DNA of 39,029 nt. It comes from a virus. Taxonomy: Duplodnaviria > Caudoviricetes. A model generated the notes under the pieces. The model was not told where the DNA came from. It worked only from the letters and a program-made list of their open reading frames with translations, and ran no database searches. The stretch's first letter is position 1. Each line of letters starts with the position of its first letter. Position numbers and translations under genes: made by a program. Positions 1 to 7,071 of the stretch are shown piece by piece. The stretch spans positions 1 to 39,029 of IMG/VR virus record IMGVR_UViG_3300048848_000223; one strand, 5' to 3'.

Positions 1-1260
1 GTGCCCCTGACCGATCGCGCCTGCAGGCAGGCGAAGGGGACCGAGAAGCCGTACAAGCTGGCGGACGGCTCCGGGCTTTACCTCTACGTGGCGCCAACGG
101 GCTTTCGCAGCTGGCGCTGGAAATATCGCTATGCCGGCAAGGAGAAGCGGCTGACGTTCGGGCCCTATCCCGACGTCAGCTTGGCCGAGGCTCGCGATCG
201 CCGCGAGGAGGCAGCGCGGCAGCTACGCTCGGGGGTAGACCCGGCGGTCGAGAAGAAGCAGCAGAGCGCCGCTCGAGCCGCGCAGGCGGGCGCCACGTTC
301 CGGCTGATCGCAGAGGAATGGCACGCCAGCCAGGTGAAGCTCTGGTCGCCGCGCCATGCCGAGCTGGTGAAGAGCAGCATGGAGCGCGACGTCTTCCCGA
401 AAATCGGGAGCCTGCCGATCGAGGCGATCACCACGCCGATCGTGATGGACGTGCTTCGCCCGATCGAACGCCGCGGCGCGATCGAGACAGCACACCGGAC
501 GCGGCAACGGATCTCAGAGGTGTTCGCGCGCGCGATCGGCAGCGGCCTCGCGCAAGCGGATCCCGCGGCGGTGGCGGGCCGAGCGCTTGCGCCTGTGAAG
601 AAGGGACGGTTCCCGGCAGTTCGGACGGTCGAGGCTGCTCGATCGGTGCTCGCGGCCGTGGAGGCGAAGCCGGCGCATCCCATGACGAAGCTGGCCTCCC
701 GCCTGCTCGCGCTGACGGCGGTACGCGCCGGCGTCCTGCGCTTGGCAGAGCCCTCGGAGTTCGAGGGGCTCAACGGCGACGCGCCCATCTGGCGCATCCC
801 GGCGGAAAAGATGAAGCTCGTGGTGGAGCGCAAGGAGGATGCCGCCTTCGAGTTCATCGTGCCGCTGTCGCGGCAGGCTGTCGAGACGATCAAGGTCGCG
901 CTGGTGCTTTCGAGCGGAGCCCCGCTGCTCTTCCGCAGCATACGTCATCCGCGCCGGCCGATCTCGGACAGCACACTCAGCAAGGCGTATCGGGACGCGG
1001 GATATGCCGGCATCCATGTGCCGCATGGGTGGCGAAGCACGTTCTCGACCGTGATGAACGAACTTGCCGGCGACGAGAACCGCGTAGGCGACCGGAGCAT
1101 CATCGATTTGATGCTCGCGCACGTGCAGGGCGGGGTGGAAGGCATCTACAATCGGGCTGCCTACATGCCACGCCGGCGACAGCTGGCGCAGGAGTGGGCC
1201 GACCTGCTTACGGAGGGCCTGCCCGGCCCGGAGACACTGATCGAGGGGCCGCGCCGCTAG
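1..1260 (+). CDS. int: Tyrosine integrase 1, P4/IntA-type with N-terminal arm-binding domain
   Basis: KPYKLADGSGLYL arm-binding motif; catalytic R (LTAVR), HGWR, LAH, Y (IYNRA). Confidence 0.95.
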   Translation: MPLTDRACRQAKGTEKPYKLADGSGLYLYVAPTGFRSWRWKYRYAGKEKRLTFGPYPDVSLAEARDRREEAARQLRSGVDPAVEKKQQSAARAAQAGATFRLIAEEWHASQVKLWSPRHAELVKSSMERDVFPKIGSLPIEAITTPIVMDVLRPIERRGAIETAHRTRQRISEVFARAIGSGLAQADPAAVAGRALAPVKKGRFPAVRTVEAARSVLAAVEAKPAHPMTKLASRLLALTAVRAGVLRLAEPSEFEGLNGDAPIWRIPAEKMKLVVERKEDAAFEFIVPLSRQAVETIKVALVLSSGAPLLFRSIRHPRRPISDSTLSKAYRDAGYAGIHVPHGWRSTFSTVMNELAGDENRVGDRSIIDLMLAHVQGGVEGIYNRAAYMPRRRQLAQEWADLLTEGLPGPETLIEGPRR

Positions 1261-1285
1261 CCGGCACGCGCGGGAGTGCTGCAGC

Positions 1286-2155
1286 GTGACCGCGGGCGCA
1301 CCGTCGTCGCGCGATATCCAACGGCTGCTGAAGGGCGCCAGCGCAAACCTGACCGGACGGAACCGGCGAGGGCCTGATAGCGGCGAGGGGCGGCGCGTCC
1401 CGCGGCGCCACAGCTATGACGAGGCGGATCCGCGCGCGAAGCCCTGGGCGAGGATCCAGGACGGATCGATCGCGGCTGGCCTCGCGCACCGGGAAGCAAT
1501 GATCGCCACGGCCGAGCAGCTGTATGTGGAACAGTGGCGCAAGTTTCCGCTTGCGGAGGTGCGCCAGGCGCGCGCCGAGCGCGCGGCGGCCGCGGCCGAG
1601 CTGGACGATCTTGCGGCCAGGTCACCGGCAGAGGTTCCGATCGGCAGGCCCGCGACGTTGCGCCAGCGCATCGCCAAGCTCGACGAGGAGCTAGACGATG
1701 CCGATCGGCGCCTCCACCGGATCGACGTGACGATCCTGAAGGCGCTGCTGTCGTTCCTCGACTTCAAGACCGGCAAGCTGTTCCCGGCGATCGAGCGCGT
1801 CGCTGAGAAGGCCGGATGCCACCGCAACAGCGTGATCGCGGCACTGCGCCGGCTGAAGGCCAACGGCTTCATCGAGTGGGTGCGCCGCACGACGCTAACC
1901 GGCAACGAGGGCGAGTTCGCGCCACAGCGCGAGCAGACCAGCAACGCCTACTTCTTCGACAATCGCCGCCGAATGGCAAAGGCCACATGGCTGCGATTCA
2001 CGCAGATCCTGACGAGCAAGCTCCGCAGGTTAGGCAGGATACCGCCAGGGCTTTCGACGCCGCCAGCGACCGACCCTGCAGCGCCGCCGGTGCCCGGGAG
2101 CATGGCGGAAGCGCTCGCCAGCCTTGGCGCTGCTCTTTCACGCGCGAGCACTTAG
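1286..2155 (+). CDS. HTH-domain replication initiator-like protein (plasmid RepA-type)
   Basis: LDFKTGKLFPAIERVAEKAGCHRNSVIAALRRLKANGFIEWVRR winged HTH plus QTSNAY motif, resembling small-plasmid Rep proteins of alphaproteobacteria. Confidence 0.6.
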   Translation: MTAGAPSSRDIQRLLKGASANLTGRNRRGPDSGEGRRVPRRHSYDEADPRAKPWARIQDGSIAAGLAHREAMIATAEQLYVEQWRKFPLAEVRQARAERAAAAAELDDLAARSPAEVPIGRPATLRQRIAKLDEELDDADRRLHRIDVTILKALLSFLDFKTGKLFPAIERVAEKAGCHRNSVIAALRRLKANGFIEWVRRTTLTGNEGEFAPQREQTSNAYFFDNRRRMAKATWLRFTQILTSKLRRLGRIPPGLSTPPATDPAAPPVPGSMAEALASLGAALSRAST

Positions 2156-2198
2156 ATTATGCTCTATCCGGCCTTCAGGGACGAAGAGGAAAAGGCAG

Positions 2199-2312
2199 GT
2201 CATCCCTGAACGGGATGACGCGCTATTTGTGGTCCCCCCTCGATCAGCCGTTGCGGCAAAATGAAACCGACAGCCAAGACCCGGCTGTCGGGACGCGGCG
2301 GCTTGCGCCGCC
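2199..2312. promoter_or_regulatory. Hairpin cluster downstream of rep (candidate origin and/or terminators)
   Basis: Inverted repeats GTCATCCC/GGGATGAC (2199-2219), CCGACAGCC/GGCTGTCGG (2267-2291) and GGCGGC/GCCGCC (~2297-2312). Confidence 0.4.
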
Positions 2313-2401
2313 ACGATGCTGCCGAGGGCGTCAGGGTTTGGGATAGGGCGCCTATGGAGCCGCCACCTATTCACTCGCGGCACCGTGGATGAGGGCGCGA
2401 T

Positions 2402-2483
2402 CTTTTTAGTCCGGAACACGTCGCGCTGCGCACGGAGCCACTACGCGGTGTCCGGCCCCCATCCGCCCTGACTTTCGACCCCC
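2402..2483. repeat. Direct repeat copy A of the predicted cos region (second cos-like site)
   Basis: 71/82 ungapped identity to 26934-27015; 20-bp identical core CCACTACGCGGTGTCCGGCC at 2438-2457. Confidence 0.9.
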
Positions 2484-2504
2484 GCCCCCCCTATCTCAAC
2501 CCCG

Positions 2505-2699
2505 ATGCCCGCCCAGCCGCCCCCTACCGACGACGACGCGCCGACCTGCGACGGGATCGGGCACGCTTGGCGGATCCTGCTGGGCGACTGGCACGAGCAG
2601 CACGCGGTGGCGCGCTGCTGCGGCATCCGCGCTGTTTCGCGCTTCGGCGGGCCTTGGGAGCGGGTCGATGAAGGGGAAGCGCAGGCGTCAGCCGACTAG
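2505..2699 (+). CDS. Small hypothetical protein (64 aa, Cys/His-containing)
   Basis: ATG ORF filling the gap and overlapping the int2 stop; no recognised motif. Confidence 0.35.
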   Translation: MPAQPPPTDDDAPTCDGIGHAWRILLGDWHEQHAVARCCGIRAVSRFGGPWERVDEGEAQASAD

Positions 2700-3893
2700 C
2701 GCGGCGCCCCAGGCGTCGAAGATCGCCCGCCTCGGCGCGAGCTGCTGCGCGCGGTTGTAGGCTGCCTCGACCTTCGCCGTGGATCCGTCTTCCTTCTTGA
2801 GGACGTGACCGAGCGCCTGGTCAATCTCGCTGCGCTCCTGCGGCATCTGCAGGTTCATGATCGTCGAGAAGGTGGCGCGCCAGCCGTGCGGCACATGGCG
2901 GCCGGCGAATGACGTCCGCGCGTAGAGCGCGCCGATCGCGGCCTCGCCGAGCGGCGCGGCGTCGCCGGCGCCCGGGAAGATATGCATAATCGGGATGCCG
3001 GCATGCGTATTCTCGCGCATGCATGCATGCAGCACCGCCACGGCCGCCGGCGACAGCGGCACGACATGGTCGTGCGCGGCATCGCCCTTCTTCGCGGCCG
3101 CAAGCTTCATGCGCGCCGCGGGCACGCGCCAGATCGGCGCAGCGCCGTCCAGGTCCTCGATCTCGCTCCACCGCGCGCCGCGCACGGCAGCCCAGCGCAT
3201 GGCAGTCAGCGCCAAGAACCGCGACGCCAGTTTCGCCGCTGGCGCCGCCTCGAGCTGGTCGACCTCGGCGAGCAGCTGGCGCGCGTCGACGATCGTCATC
3301 ACCGCCGCATGATGGCGCACGGCCGCCGGCTTCTTCAGTCCGCGGCCGACCTTTTCGGCCGGATCGTTGGTGCACCAGCCCTCGCCGATCGCCAGCTCGA
3401 ACACGGCCGAGATCCGCTGGCGCAGGCGGCGCGCCGTTTCGCGCGCGCCGCGGCGCTCGACCGTGCGCAGCAGCTCGAGCACGTCGGCTGGCTCGATCGT
3501 TTCGAGCGCCTCGGCGCCGATCGCCGGGAACACGTCACGCTCGAGGCTGCCCAGGACGTCGGCCGCGTGGACCGGCGTCCAGCCTTCCGCCTGGACCGCG
3601 TGCCAGGCGCGCGCGGCCGCCTCGAACGATTCGACGCGCGACGAGCGCGTGCGCGGGTCTTCATTGCGGGCGAGCTGCGCGCGGGCGGCCTCAGCCCGGG
3701 CCCGGGCAGCGACAAGGTCGACTTGAGGATAGCTGCCGATCGTCAGCAGCTGCTCGCGGCCGCCGAAGCGGAACCGGAGCCGGAAGCTCTTGAGCCCGGT
3801 CGGGGCGACGTAGAGGTGCAGCCCGGCGCCGTCGGCGAGCTTGTAGGCGGCCGCGCGCGGCCGCGCGGCTTTCACCGCGGCGTTGGTGAGCAT
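2688..3893 (-). CDS. int: Tyrosine integrase 2, P4/IntA-type with arm-binding domain
   Basis: MLTNAAVKAARPRAAAYKLADGAGL start after AAAGGAG SD; catalytic R (LTAMR), HGWR, LGH, Y (AYNRA) all present. Confidence 0.93.
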   Translation of the reverse strand: MLTNAAVKAARPRAAAYKLADGAGLHLYVAPTGLKSFRLRFRFGGREQLLTIGSYPQVDLVAARARAEAARAQLARNEDPRTRSSRVESFEAAARAWHAVQAEGWTPVHAADVLGSLERDVFPAIGAEALETIEPADVLELLRTVERRGARETARRLRQRISAVFELAIGEGWCTNDPAEKVGRGLKKPAAVRHHAAVMTIVDARQLLAEVDQLEAAPAAKLASRFLALTAMRWAAVRGARWSEIEDLDGAAPIWRVPAARMKLAAAKKGDAAHDHVVPLSPAAVAVLHACMRENTHAGIPIMHIFPGAGDAAPLGEAAIGALYARTSFAGRHVPHGWRATFSTIMNLQMPQERSEIDQALGHVLKKEDGSTAKVEAAYNRAQQLAPRRAIFDAWGAALVG

Positions 3894-4008
3894 CGAAACT
3901 CCTTTGATGTTCCACACCGCGGTCGGGCGAAAGACTTGATCGTCGCCGGTGACACGCTGGACGTTGCGGGGCGGCTAGGGCACCCTTGGACAAAGCAAAG
4001 GGGGGAGT

Positions 4009-4575
4009 ATGTCTTTCAAGATCGACCGCGCGATCAATTTCTTAAGCAAAACCCAGTTCGGCTTCGTTGGCATCGCCATGCTCGCTTCGGTGGGGTCACT
4101 GACAGGCGCGCTGTTCTCCGCGAAGCAAACAAACGAGGTGAGCGCGCTCGCGGACTCGCGGGACGCAATTGTTAAATTGCTCAACGCCGATGATTTTACT
4201 TTGATCAGGAAGCAGGTCGCCGAGCTGCAAGAGCGGTCTCGCCGACTGGAAGCCCGGCCATCTTCGGCCCCACCCGTTGCTACAGACGTGGCTGATCTTG
4301 CGTCGAAGATCGATGCTGTGGCCGCGCGTCAGGCTAAGCTTGAGAACACGCTTACCGACCAACCGTTGAAGGCATTGGAGATCCCGATGCTGCGGCGGGA
4401 TTTGGACAGCCAAAGTAAAGAAATTGCGTCTTTGACAGCGTCTCTCCAGCGAGCCCAAGAAGCTCAATGGGACACAATGAAGTGGGTAATCGGTGGTTTA
4501 GGCGCGGCGATCGCTGCGATCTTCATCCCATTCGTGAACCGTCTTTTAGCGGGCATCCAGAACAGTAACGACTAA
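4009..4575 (+). CDS. Moron: coiled-coil protein with N- and C-terminal hydrophobic segments
   Basis: GGAG SD; visibly lower GC; opposite to flanking genes; TM-like FGFVGIAMLASVGSLTGALF and WVIGGLGAAIAAIFIPFV. Confidence 0.75.
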   Translation: MSFKIDRAINFLSKTQFGFVGIAMLASVGSLTGALFSAKQTNEVSALADSRDAIVKLLNADDFTLIRKQVAELQERSRRLEARPSSAPPVATDVADLASKIDAVAARQAKLENTLTDQPLKALEIPMLRRDLDSQSKEIASLTASLQRAQEAQWDTMKWVIGGLGAAIAAIFIPFVNRLLAGIQNSND

Positions 4576-4599
4576 AACTACTGCTCGTCAGCCGGAACA

Positions 4600-4704
4600 C
4601 GCGGCGGAGGTGGCCTCCGCCGCGGTCAACAGGATGCTAGGTTTTCCGCGGCTTTGCGGGGTGCAGATCGGGTCCGATACCCGTTCCGCCGGGCTCGATA
4701 CCCG
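4600..4704. other. att-like / terminator region: 11-bp inverted repeat plus a CGATACCCG direct-repeat pair
   Basis: CGCGGCGGAGG-TGG-CCTCCGCCGCG (4600-4624); CGATACCCG at 4675-4683 and 4696-4704. Confidence 0.45.
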
Positions 4705-4710
4705 CAACGG

Positions 4711-5553
4711 TCAGCCGCGATTGCGGATGATCAGCTCGGTCACCTTCGTGCCGCGGCCAGCTGCTGCACTGGATAGCGTCCAGGTAGTTTCCACCTCGCT
4801 AATATCAAAGGCGGCGAACGTCTCACGAATGAAGGGCGTGTCGTTGATCGACATCACGAACTGGCCGGCGATGCCGGCGAGCTGCTCGGCCATCGCCACA
4901 TAGTCGGCGCGGCCGAAGCCGGTGCCGTAGCCCGACGTCTCGTCATAGGGCGGGTCGAGGTAGAACAGCGCGCCCTTGCCGTCGTAGCGGCGGATCACGT
5001 CCTGGTAACCCAGCTGCTCGATCGTGACCGCCTGCAGGCGCCGGCTGAGCTTGCGCAGCTCGGCGCGGAGCAGGCTCGCGTTGATCCGCGACGACTGATC
5101 CTTGCGGACGCCGAACGTGCGGCCCTCGATCCTCCCGCCGAACGCCAGGCGCTGCAGGTAGAGGAAACGGACGGCACGCTCGATGTCGGTGAGCGTCGAC
5201 GGATCCACGCGCTTCTGGCGCTCGAACTCATCCCGGCCGGCGAGCAGCCACGTGAATTCGTCGACGAACGGCTCATAGTGCCGACGCACGACGCGGAACA
5301 GGTTGGCGACATCGCCCGACAGGTCGTTGATGATCTCCACGGGCGGCGCCTTGCCGCGGCGCAGGAACACGCCGCCCATGCCGACGAACGGCTCGATGTA
5401 GGACCGGTGCGGGATCTGCTCGATCAGCGCGCAGAGGCGCTTTGCGAGGTTCCGCTTGCCGCCGAGGTAGGCAGCCGGCGGGTTGGCCGCGATCACCGCG
5501 GCGTGGACTTCGTGCTTTCGGGTAAGAATTGCCGGCGAGGTGGTCGCTTGCAT
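4711..5553 (-). CDS. dam: Orphan DNA adenine methyltransferase (D12/Dam class)
   Basis: YLGGKRNLA, EPFVGMG (motif I), INDL, LDPPY (motif IV), MSIND. Confidence 0.92.
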   Translation of the reverse strand: MQATTSPAILTRKHEVHAAVIAANPPAAYLGGKRNLAKRLCALIEQIPHRSYIEPFVGMGGVFLRRGKAPPVEIINDLSGDVANLFRVVRRHYEPFVDEFTWLLAGRDEFERQKRVDPSTLTDIERAVRFLYLQRLAFGGRIEGRTFGVRKDQSSRINASLLRAELRKLSRRLQAVTIEQLGYQDVIRRYDGKGALFYLDPPYDETSGYGTGFGRADYVAMAEQLAGIAGQFVMSINDTPFIRETFAAFDISEVETTWTLSSAAAGRGTKVTELIIRNRG

Positions 5554-5555
5554 GG

Positions 5556-5905
5556 TGGCTCAGCTCTCGGTGAGGAGCACGTCGGCTACGCGCGCTGAGT
5601 TGCCGCCGATCGACGCGATGGGCGGGGTGGCGGACGCAACCTTCGGACCTCCCGAGCCAAGCTCCGAAGGTTCGACGATTGCTGAAGCTGGATGGTGATC
5701 GCTGCGCGGCCAACCGCCGGACGTACCGGGTGGTTAGCCGCGCAGGACCTCGGGAACTGCGCCCCGAGTATTCCCCCAGAGGGGTCTTCTATTCCCCGGG
5801 CCACCCGGCGAACCGGTGCTCGAGGTCAAACCGCGCGCGCGGTGCCCAACATCACGGCTACGCTCCGAGGGGCGGCATCATGATGGCACGGCCAGGCGCG
5901 CGGCG
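5556..5905. ncRNA. Candidate structured RNA / leader between the lysis cassette and dam
   Basis: ~350 nt without a convincing ORF, with stems at 5638-5672, 5702-5745, 5749-5768 and a palindrome at 5830-5843. Confidence 0.35.
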
Positions 5906-5906
5906 T

Positions 5907-6242
5907 CTACCGTCCGGCGGCAGCCGCTTGGTCGATATCGCCGGCGGCCGCCTCGGCCGCACGCAGCTGCTCGAGCTGGTCGGCCGCGGACGACGCCGCG
6001 CGCGCAAGGGCGAACGCGACGTCGGCACGTGCCTCTGCGGTGGCGATCGTCGCCTGCAGCTGGGGCGGGAGGAAGGGCGCCGCGATCGCCGCTGCGATGC
6101 GGATCCGCTGGTAGGACGAATATGCGCGCTCGAGCGACGTGTGCCGATCGGCAACCGGCGGCATGGAAGCGCAACCCGCCAACGACAGCGAGGCAGCGAT
6201 CGAGACGACGATCGCGCGCAGCGGGGCGAAAAGGCGCCTCAC
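5907..6242 (-). CDS. Lysis-cassette lipoprotein (spanin candidate)
   Basis: GTG start overlapping endolysin stop (GTGA); signal peptide with lipobox LAGC. Confidence 0.7.
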   Translation of the reverse strand: MRRLFAPLRAIVVSIAASLSLAGCASMPPVADRHTSLERAYSSYQRIRIAAAIAAPFLPPQLQATIATAEARADVAFALARAASSAADQLEQLRAAEAAAGDIDQAAAAGR

Positions 6243-6799
6243 TTGGGCAGCCCCGTCAGGCACAGCGCGCGCTCGCGGCCGCGACGCGCTACCAGGCCGC
6301 GCAGCACGCGGCCGCCCGCCTTGTCCCACATCGTGAAGGCATCGCAGCCCGCGACCCACTGGCCGGCGTTGAAGCGGCGCGCGGCGGTCGACCGGCAGAA
6401 GCTCGGCCAGCCGATGTTGTACGCCAGGCTCACCGCCGCGGCGGCCTGGTGCGGCCGGGCGTACAGCGCCGGCGCGCATGCCACGACGCGCGTTGCCATC
6501 TCGATCAGCTCGCCCTCGAGGAGGACGGTGCACTGCGCCTCGGTATAGGTCTGCCCCATCCGAACGCCGCGCGTGATGCCGTCGCAGGCGGTCGGCACCT
6601 TCACCGCATCGAGGTAGGCGCGCAGATACTGCGGGCCCGACACGTGGCGGATCGTGGCCGCACCGGTCGGCGCGATCGTCACGGCGACCTTGCGGCCGCT
6701 CTCCTCGAGCGGAACATTGGTCAGCACCGTCGCCGCGGCAACGGCGCTGCCCAGCACGCCGGCGAGCGTGCGGACGATGACCTTCTTCAGATCAGCCAT
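6239..6799 (-). CDS. Endolysin, GH24 lysozyme with SAR-like N-terminus
   Basis: AYLDAVKVPTACDGIT, AVSLAYNIG and LRGLVARRGRERALC motifs; Ala/Gly-rich hydrophobic N-terminus. Confidence 0.92.
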   Translation of the reverse strand: MADLKKVIVRTLAGVLGSAVAAATVLTNVPLEESGRKVAVTIAPTGAATIRHVSGPQYLRAYLDAVKVPTACDGITRGVRMGQTYTEAQCTVLLEGELIEMATRVVACAPALYARPHQAAAAVSLAYNIGWPSFCRSTAARRFNAGQWVAGCDAFTMWDKAGGRVLRGLVARRGRERALCLTGLPK

Positions 6800-7028
6800 C
6801 GAGCTTCTCCTCGTCGACGACGATCGACGCGGCCGGCGCGATCGCGCGGCCACGCCGGCGCACGAGCGCCTGCACCGTGTCGGTTTCGTAGATCCGGATC
6901 AGCGTCCAGAAGATGGTGAGCAGCGCGGCGACATGGGGCAGCAGCTGCGCGAGCGTGCCGACGACGATGCCGGCCGACAGAACGTCGGCCGACGCCTTCG
7001 CGGCGCCGGGCACGTGGTCCAGCGTCAT
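6792..7028 (-). CDS. Holin
   Basis: 78 aa with hydrophobic segments and a charged C-tail, directly upstream of the endolysin. Confidence 0.75.
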   Translation of the reverse strand: MTLDHVPGAAKASADVLSAGIVVGTLAQLLPHVAALLTIFWTLIRIYETDTVQALVRRRGRAIAPAASIVVDEEKLDG

Positions 7029-7071
7029 ATGAAAACTCCGATGAGATGGGGCCGCCTGGGTATCCAGGCCC

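Noticed and set aside
2402-2483. Reading the 82-bp direct repeat as attL/attR
   Set aside because: Copy B lies inside the HNH-terS junction, the canonical cos position; mismatches are scattered and there is no tRNA similarity. Not formally excluded as a recombination substrate.
2688-3893. Int2 as a protelomerase of a linear phage-plasmid
   Set aside because: It has a typical P4-type arm-binding integrase layout, and no long telRL palindrome was seen
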